64,000 nucleotides of DNA from an uncultured Verrucomicrobiae bacterium (lineage in GTDB: Bacteria; Verrucomicrobiota; Verrucomicrobiia; Limisphaerales; JAFGQR01): NCBI GenBank assembly GCA_963788655.1, contig CAWBHS010000072.1, forward strand, positions 409,250-473,249, in the 5' to 3' direction. Numbering within the stretch: position 1 is the stretch's first letter; each line of letters starts with the position of its first letter. A program made the translations under genes and the position numbers. Positions 23,084 to 32,872 of the stretch are shown piece after piece. A model generated the notes under the pieces. The model saw nothing but the letters and a program-made list of their open reading frames with translations. It made no database searches and was not told the DNA's origin.

Positions 23084-24031
23084 ATGAGCACACCGCCGTT
23101 AGTCCCACCGATCAAATGCCAGGGGATAAAGACCAAGCTGGTCGAGGAAATCCGCGCCTTGGCGGCGATGCATGATTATGAGCGGTGGGTGGAGCCGTTC
23201 TGCGGCAGTTGCGTCGTGCCACTGAACCTTCAACCGCAACGGGCGCTGCTCTGCGATTCGAATGTCCACATCATCCGACTCTATCAAGACATTCAGGCCG
23301 GACGGCTGACGGCGCCGCGTGTAAAGGCGTTCTTGACGGAGGAAGGGGCGAAGTTGCGCACCAGGGGCGAAGACCATTTTTACGAGGTTCGCGAGCGCTT
23401 CAACGACCGATGTAGCTCGCTGGATTTCCTTTTCCTGAACCGCTCCTGCTTCAACGGCGTCATGCGCTTCAATCGCTCTGGCAAATTCAACGTGCCGTTC
23501 TGCCGGAAGCCAAACCGTTTCGACGTGAAATATGTGTCCAAAATCACGAACCAACTTCGCCGGATTGGAGAGGTGATCGCGAACAAAGACTGGGTATTCG
23601 AAGCCGCTGATTTCCGAACGACACTGGGCAAGGTGAGAGAAGTTGACTTCGTATATGCTGACCCACCGTATGCTGGCCGGCATATGGACAAATTCAACTC
23701 TTGGTCGGATAAAGATGAGAACGACTTGGCCACCCAATTGAAGCGGCTTTCTGGCAAGTTCATCCTCTCGAATGGCAAAGCAATAGTTCGGAACCAACGT
23801 GCTGTTGGAACAGAATTGACGGAGTCGCGCTTCCAGCTTTTCACTCGGCAGCATTTCTATCACGTCGGCTCCACTGAAGACTTACGCCACCCGATGACGG
23901 AAGCGCTGGTAACCAACTTGTCCGGCGGGCGCTACGCAACAGCACAGCCCGCCTTGGAACAGATGGTCTTCTTTGAGAAACCGGCAAATGATTTCGGTAG
24001 TTCCAGGCCGGAGGCAGAGCGCAAATCATGA
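23084..24031 (+). CDS. N6-adenine DNA methyltransferase, Dam/M.EcoRV family
   Basis: VPPIKCQGIKTKLV, EPFCGS, LDFLFLNRSCFNG.MRFN, DPPY motif, HFYHVG..EALVTN; starts 1 nt after the endonuclease stop. Confidence 0.92.
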   Translation: MSTPPLVPPIKCQGIKTKLVEEIRALAAMHDYERWVEPFCGSCVVPLNLQPQRALLCDSNVHIIRLYQDIQAGRLTAPRVKAFLTEEGAKLRTRGEDHFYEVRERFNDRCSSLDFLFLNRSCFNGVMRFNRSGKFNVPFCRKPNRFDVKYVSKITNQLRRIGEVIANKDWVFEAADFRTTLGKVREVDFVYADPPYAGRHMDKFNSWSDKDENDLATQLKRLSGKFILSNGKAIVRNQRAVGTELTESRFQLFTRQHFYHVGSTEDLRHPMTEALVTNLSGGRYATAQPALEQMVFFEKPANDFGSSRPEAERKS

Positions 24032-24185
24032 TTTAATGCGCCGTCATCACTCAGGCGGCGGCACATGAATGGCGCGGAAGGATGATGACCGTGAGGGAGG
24101 CTGCCGCGCCCACCCAAGCAGGCTGCAAGAAAATCTCCTCGCCATCGTCACAATGGTGCGTAATCTTAGGGTCATATTGGCCCTT

Positions 24186-26439
24186 ATGACGAAAATCTTT
24201 CCGCCTGATTACAGTCTGACCGGCGTGAATGCGGCGCTCGCGGTGGAGAAGGGCCTCGCCGAGGCCGATTGGTACACCACTCCGGTCCCGAAGGCGGAAA
24301 TGCGCAAGCTCCTGCAGCGCCGCAATGGACCGGCCATCCGCGACACGCGCCTTGTTGCTGGCCCTGCTGCTGGCTTCTGGTTACGGCACGGTTGTGCTCT
24401 GGGGCACTTGGTGGGCGGCGATTCCTTACCTGATTTATGCCGTGCTCTACGGCACCAGTTCGGACTCGCGCTGGCACGAATGCGGCCACGGAACGGCGTT
24501 CAAGACCGACTGGATGAACCGACGTGCTTTATGAACTCGCGTCGTTCATGGTAATGCGGGAATCCGTGGTCTGGCGCTGGAGCCACACCCGGCATCATAG
24601 CGACACTATCATCGTCGGGCGCGATCCCGAAATCCAGGTTCCGCGTCCGCCCAATCTTCGCGCGCTCGTCCTGAATCTTTTCAACGTGGGCGGCTACCGG
24701 ACCTACTTCCCGAGCGTGATCCGGCACGCGCTGGGAATCATCTCGGACGCCGAGCGCACCTTCATCCCGGAAAGCGAATTCCCGAAGGTTTATCGCAATG
24801 CGCGGCTCTGTCTTGCTGTTTACGGAGTGGTGATCGCCTCCGCGATCGTTTGGCATAGCTGGCTTCCGATCTTCCTGTTTGTGTTGCCCCAGTTCTTTGG
24901 GACGTGGCTCATGATCGTCCACAATACGACGCAGCACGCCGGACTGGCCGAGAACGTCCTCGACCACCGGCTCAACTGCCGGACGGTTTACATGAATCCG
25001 ATCAGCCGGTTTATCTACTGGAACATGAACTACCACGTGGAACATCACATGTTCCCGCTCGTGCCTTACCATGCGTTGCCCCAATTGCACGCGGTCATCA
25101 GAGATGATTGTCCGCCGCCCTATCCGTCCATCTTGGCCGCGTGGCGCGAAATTCTCCCGACGCTCCGCCGCCAGGTGAAGGATCCGGCGTACCACGTCAA
25201 GCGCTGGTTGCCGCCGCCACGCAATCGGACGCTCGAAGCGACCTACCGCTCGACCGCCGCGCCTGATGCCGAAGGCTGGGTGGAAGTCTGTGCCGATGCT
25301 GATTTGGGCAAGCTGGACGTGATCCGCTTTGACCACGGGAAAAAAACCTTTGTGCTGGTCCGCGATGGCCACGGCGAGGTCTTTGCCACTGACGGCATCT
25401 GCACCCACGGCAACACGCACCTGGCCGACGGACTGGTCCTCGACGGCACGATTGAATGTCCGAAACACAACGGGCGTTTCCATCTTGCCGACGGCTCCCC
25501 GGCCCGCGTACCGGTCTGCCGCGGATTGGCCACGTATCCGGTCGAGAGCCGGGACCAGAAACTGTTCCTGAACGCGCACCGACCTGGCGGCGCCGGCGTA
25601 CGTCACTCAGACGACGCTGCAACTGCGCGTCGTCAGCAATCGCAGCGTGGCTACGTTTATCAAGGAACTGGTCTTCGAGCCGGTGGGAAAGATCGAGTTC
25701 ACGCCCGGCGACTACCTGCAATTCGACATCCCGGTTTACGAGGCCATTCGCTTCCGCGATTTCGACATTCCGGAGCCTTACGCGGCGGTATGGACGGCGC
25801 AACATGTCTTCGACCTTGTCGCTCACAATCCCACGGGCGGCCGGCGCAACAATTACTCGCTCGCGGGCAATCCCCAGACCGAGTCCACCCTCCGCGTCAA
25901 CGTCCGCATTGCCACCCCACCGCCGGGACAGGACTGTCCGCCCGGAGTCGGTTCCGCGCTACATGTTCAGCCTCAAACCCGGCGACACCGTCACCGCCAT
26001 CGGGCCATTTGGAGATTTCCACATCAAGCCCACGCAGAAGGAAATGGTGTATATCGGGGGCGGCTCCGGCATGGCACCGTTGCGGGCCCATATCGCGCGC
26101 CTGTTTGAAACCGAGAAGACCCGGCGCCGCGTGCGCTTCTGGTATGGGGCGCGTTCGCGGCAGGAGCTTTTCTATCAGGATTACTTCGAGGGCATGGCGT
26201 CCAAGTTTCCGAACTTCCACTTTCACCTTGCGCTGTCGGCGCCGTTACCAGAAGACAATTGGACCGGCCATCGTGGTTTCATTCACGAAGTGGTTTTCGA
26301 GCAGTATCTGAAATCACACAACAATCTTCGGGCGGTCGAATTCTACCTTTGCGGACCGCCGCAAATGACCAAAGCTTGCCTGAGGATGCTCGACCAACTG
26401 GGGGTGGCCGATTCGCAAATTACCTACGACGAATTCTAA
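24186..26439 (+). CDS. fusion of MocD-like fatty-acid-desaturase-family oxygenase, MocE-like Rieske ferredoxin and NqrF-like FAD/NAD reductase (four +1 frameshifts)
   Basis: His boxes HECGH, HTRHH, HVEHH; Rieske CTH..CPKH; RNNYSLA, GPFGDF, IGGGSGMAPLR, YLCGPP..YDEF; frames join near 24345, 24520, 25604, 25957. Confidence 0.8.
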
Positions 26440-26455
26440 CTTTCCCATCAATTTC

Positions 26456-27367
26456 ATGCCGCGATTCACCAATGACGGCTCAACCGACGCGCCCAAGTTG
26501 CGCGTCTATTTGAATCTGGACAGTCTCGTTGACCTGCGCCCCGACACGATCTGGCCGGGTTTGACCGGCTTGGCGCAAATGCAACGTCTCGCCGCGGACG
26601 GTTTCGAAGGGGCGCAATGGACTGAGGACAGCGAGCCGCCTTTTGGTAGCCCGATACCGTTTTGCGGCTGTGGTCGCATCAACCGTCCGACTGAGGCCGA
26701 TCCGCTGGCCGCCAAACATGCCGAGCGCGGTTACACTTGTCTGACGGTTCACGCTGGCTGGGGATTGGAGGACGACGCGGACGTGGATCGCTTGGTTGAA
26801 GCGATTCTCGTGGCTTCGGATCGCCATGCATTGCCCATTTTCATCGAAACCCACCGGGCCACCATCACCCAGGATCTCTGGCGAACCGTGCGGATTGCTC
26901 GGAAATTTCCCGAAGTGCGTTTCAACGGCGATTTCAGCCACTACTACACGGGGCAGGAAATGGTTTATGGTGGCATGGAAAAGAAACTCGATTTCATGAA
27001 GCCGATCCTGGAGCGGATTGGTTTCCTGCACGGCCGGATTTCCAGTCCCGGTTGTATGCAGGTTCCGGTGGATGCCGGTGCCGCGCGTCCGCAGCAGGCG
27101 CATGGCGCGATCAACTACCTCGAACACTACCGGGATCTCTGGACCCGCGCCATGCAGGGATTCCTTCGCGCTGCCACGCCTGGCGAGTACCTCATCTTTG
27201 CCCCGGAATTGTTGTCGGGCACTCACTACTATGCCCGGATGTTCCCGGATGCGCAGGGAAGGTTGGTCGAGGAAACCGATCGTTATCAGCAGGCGTTGAT
27301 CTACCAACCGATCGCCCGTGAGTGTTTCACGCAAGCGCAACACCGCCTCGCGGCCAAGCCGACCTGA
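26456..27367 (+). CDS. xylose-isomerase-like TIM barrel protein (sugar phosphate isomerase/epimerase)
   Basis: IETHR, NGDFSHY, LHGRIS, FAPEL metal-binding pattern; 16 nt after the fusion gene. Confidence 0.8.
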   Translation: MPRFTNDGSTDAPKLRVYLNLDSLVDLRPDTIWPGLTGLAQMQRLAADGFEGAQWTEDSEPPFGSPIPFCGCGRINRPTEADPLAAKHAERGYTCLTVHAGWGLEDDADVDRLVEAILVASDRHALPIFIETHRATITQDLWRTVRIARKFPEVRFNGDFSHYYTGQEMVYGGMEKKLDFMKPILERIGFLHGRISSPGCMQVPVDAGAARPQQAHGAINYLEHYRDLWTRAMQGFLRAATPGEYLIFAPELLSGTHYYARMFPDAQGRLVEETDRYQQALIYQPIARECFTQAQHRLAAKPT

Positions 27368-27520
27368 CGAGCGGGCAAGTTCCAACACAATGGCGGTCAA
27401 AGCCGATTCTGGCAAAACCGACACATTCGCTTCATATTGCGTTCTAATTGTCCAATGAAACGACGATTGATCAGCATGGTCCTCATCGCGGTTCTGCGGA
27501 TGCCGACCCAAAACCGATGG

Positions 27521-27582
27521 CGCGAATTCTAAGAAGAAAGACGCAGGCTCTCCTGTTGGCCCGGCAGCGTCCCAATTATAGT
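27521..27582 (+). promoter_or_regulatory. candidate XylR/AraC-type operator and -10 element upstream of the FAD oxidoreductase
   Basis: CGCGAATTCTAAGAAGAAAGACGC similar to 13709-13732; TATAGT at 27577. Confidence 0.4.
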
Positions 27583-27687
27583 GGTTTCAGAATGTGCAAT
27601 TATGCGCGCAAGTCAGAACGTTTGCCGCATCAATTTGAAGATGATCAAGAACCGAATATTTGCGCCAGTCCCGCGAACCGCCGGGCC

Positions 27688-29973
27688 ATGTTGAAAGAAC
27701 CACCATCCGAATCGACCCGCCGACCAACCACGCGGCAGCTCAGCGGCGACCTCGCCATTGTGGGCGGCGGATTGGCCGGGACGTGCTGCGCCATTACGGC
27801 GGCGCGCGCCGGATTGAAGGTGGTGCTGCTCCAGGACCGGCCCGTGCTGGGCGGTAATGCCTCCAGCGAAATCCGGCTGTGGATTCTGGGCGCGACTTCA
27901 CACATGGGGAACAACAACCGTTGGGCTCGCGAAGGCGGTGTGGTCGATGAGATTCTGGTCGAAAACATGTACCGCAATCCGGAGGGCAATCCTTACATCG
28001 TCGATTCCATCCTCCTCGAAAAAGTGGCGGCCGAGCCGAACCTCACGCTGCTGCTCAACACCGTTGTCCACGACTTGGAAAAGTCCGATCCCGACACCAT
28101 CCAGTCCCTCCGCGCTTTTTGCTCGCAGAATTCGACGGCGTACGAAATCGGCGCGCCGTTGTTCGTGGACGCCAGCGGCGATGGCGTTATGGGTTTTCTG
28201 GCGGGCGCCGCCTTCCGCGTGGGAGCGGAAGCCCGAACGGAGTTTGGCGAGCTGTTTGCCCCCCGCCAGGCGACCCGCGAATTGCTCGGCCACACGCTTT
28301 ACTTCTACTCGAAAGACACCGGGCGTCCGGTGAGGTTTGTCCCGCCGAGTTTCGCCTTGCAGGACATCACCAAGATTCCGCGCTTCCGCGACTTCAACAC
28401 CCGAGACTTCGGTTGCCGGCTATGGTGGCTCGAATGGGGTGGCCAGCTCGACACCATCCAGGACAGCGAGCAGATCAAATGGGAACTGTGGAAGGTCGCT
28501 TATGGGGTGTGGAACCACATCAAGAACTCCGGTCAATATCCGGAGGCCGAGACGCTCACGCTCGAATGGGTTGGCACCATTCCCGGCAAACGGGAGAGCC
28601 GGCGTTTCGAAGGCGACTATATGTTGACCCAGCAGGACATCGTGGAGCAGCGCCAGCATCCGGACGCGGTTTCCGTCGGCGGTTGGGCCATTGACCTTCA
28701 TCCCAGCGACGGTGTGTTCAGTGAGAAACCTGCCTGCCAGCAGTGGCATTCCAAGGGCGTTTACCCAATTCCTTATCGCTGCCTCTACAGTCGCAACATC
28801 ACGAACCTGTTCCTCGCCGGTCGCATCATCAGCGCTTCGCACGTGGCGTTTGGTTCCACCCGCGTGATGGCCACGTGCGCGCACAGTGCCCAGGCGGTGG
28901 CCTTGGCCGCGGCGGTGTGCCGACGCCACGGTCTGAAACCGCGCGAAGCGGGACGTCCACCACACCTTGCCGCATTGCAACGGGATTTGCTCCGCACGGG
29001 CCAGTTCATTCCGGGCCATGCGTTGATCGACGAAGAAGACCTTGCGCGGCAAGCCACTCTGAGCGCGAGCAGTGAATTACGCTTGGCGTCGTTGCCCCCC
29101 AACGGTGAACTGCTGGGGCTTACGAAAGCCTGGGCCATGCTGTTGCCCGTGCCGCTCGGCCCCATGCCCCCAATGGCTGTCCGACTCGACGTGGCGCAAG
29201 CCACCGAATTGCGCGCCGAATTGCGCGTCGGCAGCAAGCTGGGCAATTACACGCCGGACGTGACGCTGGCCGTGTTGAAGCTTCCGCTGGCACCGGGGCG
29301 GAAGCAGCTCGTGCCGCTGAATTTTGAAGTTTCCATCGCCGAGCCGCAATATGCGTTCGTTTGTCTGATGGCCAATGAGCACGTGGCGGTGCATCTGAGT
29401 GACCAGCGCGTGACCGGCGTGCTCGCGGTGACGAACCAGGCTAATTACGCGGTGGCCAAAGCTTCACGTCAGGAACCGCCGCCCGATTCCGGCCTGGACG
29501 CCTTCGAGTTTTGGCCCGCGCAACGGCGTCCCGGCGGGAAGAACTTCGCGTTGCAGCTTGAACCATCGCTTGACGTTTTCGGCGTCGGCAATTTGGTCAA
29601 CGGCATCGTGCGTCCGACGCGCCAACCCAACGCCTGGGTGGCAGCATTTAATGACAAGCAACCGAGCGTGACCCTGCAATGGTCCGAGCCCCGGACCATT
29701 GGCCGGATCGAACTTGTCTTCGACACGGATTACGATCATCCGATGGAATCGGTGCTGATGGGACACCCGGAGAACGTCATGCCGTGCTGCGTGCAACAAT
29801 TCAAGATTGAAGACAGTTCCGGCCACGTGTTGGCTGAATGTGCGGACAATCACCAATCCCGGCGAATGATTCGCTTGGAGCCACCGGTTACCACAAATCG
29901 GCTGATCCTTACCATGCATGCGCCCAATCCGCGGACGCCGGCGGCGCTTTACGAGCTGCGCTGCTATCGATGA
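27688..29973 (+). CDS. FAD-dependent oxidoreductase (FAD_oxidored family) with C-terminal discoidin-like domain
   Basis: IVGGGLAG, QDRPVLGGNASSE, FVDASGDG, GKRESRRF.G, IPYRCLYS..NLFLAGR.ISASH. Confidence 0.9.
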   Translation: MLKEPPSESTRRPTTRQLSGDLAIVGGGLAGTCCAITAARAGLKVVLLQDRPVLGGNASSEIRLWILGATSHMGNNNRWAREGGVVDEILVENMYRNPEGNPYIVDSILLEKVAAEPNLTLLLNTVVHDLEKSDPDTIQSLRAFCSQNSTAYEIGAPLFVDASGDGVMGFLAGAAFRVGAEARTEFGELFAPRQATRELLGHTLYFYSKDTGRPVRFVPPSFALQDITKIPRFRDFNTRDFGCRLWWLEWGGQLDTIQDSEQIKWELWKVAYGVWNHIKNSGQYPEAETLTLEWVGTIPGKRESRRFEGDYMLTQQDIVEQRQHPDAVSVGGWAIDLHPSDGVFSEKPACQQWHSKGVYPIPYRCLYSRNITNLFLAGRIISASHVAFGSTRVMATCAHSAQAVALAAAVCRRHGLKPREAGRPPHLAALQRDLLRTGQFIPGHALIDEEDLARQATLSASSELRLASLPPNGELLGLTKAWAMLLPVPLGPMPPMAVRLDVAQATELRAELRVGSKLGNYTPDVTLAVLKLPLAPGRKQLVPLNFEVSIAEPQYAFVCLMANEHVAVHLSDQRVTGVLAVTNQANYAVAKASRQEPPPDSGLDAFEFWPAQRRPGGKNFALQLEPSLDVFGVGNLVNGIVRPTRQPNAWVAAFNDKQPSVTLQWSEPRTIGRIELVFDTDYDHPMESVLMGHPENVMPCCVQQFKIEDSSGHVLAECADNHQSRRMIRLEPPVTTNRLILTMHAPNPRTPAALYELRCYR

Positions 29974-30233
29974 TTTGGTTCTTACGACAGGGCGTGAATA
30001 CTTCAGTTCGCCGCGAACGTGGCTTACGGTAGGCGGAGACGCTGTCGCGCGCCAACTCCTGAATTAACCACTTACACTGGAACATGAGGCAGAGGAACCT
30101 GATTCGATTCGGCTCTCGGTTGCTCAGTCAGACCCTCCTGAACGTCGGCTGCTACGAGTGACGTGATTCCACCTGCCCCCCCCCCGCCACCGGTATTCTG
30201 TGCGTCCGTCTCGATGACTTGTCGCCCTGACCA

Positions 30234-32870
30234 TTACCTGTTCATCTTCTTCGTCAACGCTGGCAGCACTACCAGTGGCTGCACGTTGGTTTCCGCGGTG
30301 ATGCGGTCGAATACCTGGATTTCCGACAGCAGGACACCCCACCCCGGACGGCAGGCACACTTCACTCGGACGTAGCGCGCTTGGAGCGGTTGTTCGAAGA
30401 GGATGCGATACGCGTAGGCCAATCGGCCGCCCGCCGGCAGGTCATCGAACAGCGAGGATTGGTCCAGTTCCCAGGGAACGAAATCGGCCGGCGGATCGAA
30501 GACCTGGTTAAAGGTGGCAGCGCCGGCGGATGAAAAGGTCTTGCCGTCCATCGAGGTTTCCACGGTGATCGTGTCGGGGTAGGTGAGATGAAAGCCGCTC
30601 TCTTGGCCAGCGTGAACCCGGACGACCGCCACTGTCTCAGGGCGGCCCAGGTCAATGGTGGCCACTGGGGAGAAGTCCGGATCGAAGATCACACTGGTGG
30701 GCATGTATTTGACTGAAACGTAGGTGTCCGGCGGCGCGATGATGCCGTCGGTGAGATCGGTTCCCCCGTCGGGATTGCGTTCGCTCTGCTGGCCTTGCAG
30801 CGTGTAGGACTTGCCGCGCGCCAGGTTCGTCCCCCAATGAAACCGCGTCCAGGACGGCTTCGCGCCGGGACCGACATCCTGGCCGTCCGAGTAGCCCGGC
30901 TTTACACTTTGACCGTCCGGCCCGCTGCCTTGGAGATTCACACGGACCCATTTCATGGTGGGATTCCGGAAGCCGCCGACGTTGATGGTGTATTCGTGCG
31001 CGGGCGAAGTCACCCGTTCGGTGTGCCGCCGTTCGAGGTCGCCTGATTCGCGATGTTCGATCCAGCAATAGGTCACTTCGATGGGCGCGAACGCCGCCGC
31101 CCGCGGTTGATGATGCACGGTCATCAACGCCATCTGAATGCCAGGCCCGGAATAGCTTTTGGGATAGTTCTCGGTCTGGAACTCGTAGCGCAAATAGGCC
31201 GTGCGGATTCCGGCTGGCACGGAGGAAACCGGCGCCTCCACCATCAAGTCGAAGCGATCCGTGTCCTTGGTTTTCTCGTAGTCGGAGATGTAGTTCCGGT
31301 CGTCCCACGAGTGCAACAGGGTCACTCGATTCTTGACGCCTTTCACGCACACCGTTCCACCATAGGTGAGGTCCGTGATCGGTGTGGGGGTTTCGATCTT
31401 CCACGTCGCGCGGCAAGGCTTTCCCTTTTCCGCGGGACGCAGCGTGGGCTTGTAGAAGCCCGGCGTCGGCTCCACGTCGAGGTCCTGTTCGGCATAAACA
31501 GTCCGGTGATGGTTGCCGCCAATGATGCTGGGCTGGAACTGGATTGTTTCAACTTGCGGCCCCAGCCGAAGCTGAACCCGATTGGCCCCGCGAACCAGTC
31601 CCGGCAGCGCCGGCCGGTTCAGTTGCGTGATCGTTTCAATGGCGAGCGCCGAGAGTTGGGAATCGTCCGCCGCCAGCTCCACTTTGACGAGATACTCCAT
31701 GACGCCGGCCACCTCGTCGAGCAACGACGCCTGACCGTTGGCACCCAGGTCAATTTTCGTCCAGTTGATGCCGGTGTCGCGCGATACCGACACCGATACG
31801 CCGCGGCCGCGCAGCGACAATTTAGCGGAAGTGACCACGTTGGCCGCGGACACTTTGAACACCACCTGGCCGCGGCCTTTCACGCCGTCGGGCGTCCAGT
31901 TCACGCCGGCATCGGAATACACGAGCGTCCGCGTCGCCGGATGGTGCAGATCGGGGGCGTAGTGCCAGACGCCGTTGGCGCGGATGTTCCGGTCGGTGTC
32001 CACGTCCTGGTTACCACGCACTGGCCGGAACGTACGGTGTCCATCCGAGGCCAGCGGCGAGAAGTAGCGCGTGTAGTATTCACCCGGGCGGAGGTTCAAC
32101 ACATAGCGCCGTCCCCACCGGGCGTAGAGACTGTAGTGGGTAACGTCGTTCGGCGGCTTGAACGAATCCCAGCCATTCGCCAACGTGCGTTGGTACTCGA
32201 CCGGGTGGTCCGCGGCGCAACGCCATCCGCGGTGATCGTCCGGACCCTCGACCGGATTGGTGCCGCACTCGGGCGCGAAATTCTCCAGGTAGAACCGCGG
32301 GTTCTTCTCGATCTCACGGACCGACGCCACTTCCCCCCGGTCATTGAAGCAGTAGAAACTCATCGAGTCGTCAAACATGTGCCAGGTTTGGCCATTGTCC
32401 CAGGAACACTCGCAGACCGTGTGGTCGCCGAGCTGCACGTAATGGGCCTGCCACCCCATCCGGAGCCAGAGCGCGTTGTTGACGCCGGAGATGATGCCAC
32501 AATTGCAGTAGCCATAACTGTTGAACATCCGGATCGGGTCGAGCACTTCGTGGCCTTCCTCTTTGGGATTGGTCTTCTGTTTGCGGAGCCGCTGGGACCA
32601 GCGCCAGATGGCGATGGCCTGTTCCTGTGGGGTGGCATACTGCGAAGTGATCGAGCGCAAGTAACTGTCGATGTCCGTAAGGTCGGGGGCGGAGTCGGTG
32701 ACCAAGGTGATGTTGTAAACAGCGCTTCGGATTGCGGAGGCCATTTCTGATCCGGATACCGGAAGTGGTGTCTGGGCACTGCCGTTGCTGCCTCCCGGCA
32801 TTACAACCACCGCAAGGTATATGCTGGCGAGCAAAAGGTGTTTCATTCGTGTCTTCATCCTGTTGGCCAT
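30234..32870 (-). CDS. large secreted protein with transglutaminase-like Cys-His-Asp region and C-terminal F5/8 type C (discoidin) domain
   Basis: Signal peptide; GYCNCG, DHTVCE, WHMFDDS; NLARGKSY..LTDG..IDLG..ARYVRV..SEIQVF. Confidence 0.75.
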   Translation of the reverse strand: MANRMKTRMKHLLLASIYLAVVVMPGGSNGSAQTPLPVSGSEMASAIRSAVYNITLVTDSAPDLTDIDSYLRSITSQYATPQEQAIAIWRWSQRLRKQKTNPKEEGHEVLDPIRMFNSYGYCNCGIISGVNNALWLRMGWQAHYVQLGDHTVCECSWDNGQTWHMFDDSMSFYCFNDRGEVASVREIEKNPRFYLENFAPECGTNPVEGPDDHRGWRCAADHPVEYQRTLANGWDSFKPPNDVTHYSLYARWGRRYVLNLRPGEYYTRYFSPLASDGHRTFRPVRGNQDVDTDRNIRANGVWHYAPDLHHPATRTLVYSDAGVNWTPDGVKGRGQVVFKVSAANVVTSAKLSLRGRGVSVSVSRDTGINWTKIDLGANGQASLLDEVAGVMEYLVKVELAADDSQLSALAIETITQLNRPALPGLVRGANRVQLRLGPQVETIQFQPSIIGGNHHRTVYAEQDLDVEPTPGFYKPTLRPAEKGKPCRATWKIETPTPITDLTYGGTVCVKGVKNRVTLLHSWDDRNYISDYEKTKDTDRFDLMVEAPVSSVPAGIRTAYLRYEFQTENYPKSYSGPGIQMALMTVHHQPRAAAFAPIEVTYCWIEHRESGDLERRHTERVTSPAHEYTINVGGFRNPTMKWVRVNLQGSGPDGQSVKPGYSDGQDVGPGAKPSWTRFHWGTNLARGKSYTLQGQQSERNPDGGTDLTDGIIAPPDTYVSVKYMPTSVIFDPDFSPVATIDLGRPETVAVVRVHAGQESGFHLTYPDTITVETSMDGKTFSSAGAATFNQVFDPPADFVPWELDQSSLFDDLPAGGRLAYAYRILFEQPLQARYVRVKCACRPGWGVLLSEIQVFDRITAETNVQPLVVLPALTKKMNR

Positions 32871-32872
32871 TT

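Noticed and set aside
21990..24185. Integron cassette or att-bounded island around the RM genes
   Set aside because: No attC core sites, flanking direct repeats or integrase found
24340..25960. Programmed ribosomal frameshifting in the oxygenase fusion
   Set aside because: No slippery heptamers at the junctions, and similar indels are scattered through unrelated genes
25605..26439. Na+-translocating NQR subunit F gene
   Set aside because: No nqrA-E nearby, no N-terminal anchor or ferredoxin, and apparently fused to a Rieske/desaturase protein
29974..30233. Possible ncRNA between convergent genes
   Set aside because: Only a partial family B repeat and a C-run seen; no supportable structure
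31053..32750. 565-aa plus-strand ORF and similar long ORFs (44115..45803, 53190..54392, 24500..25606, 19004..20089)
   Set aside because: Antisense shadows of well-supported GC-rich genes with no recognisable motifs
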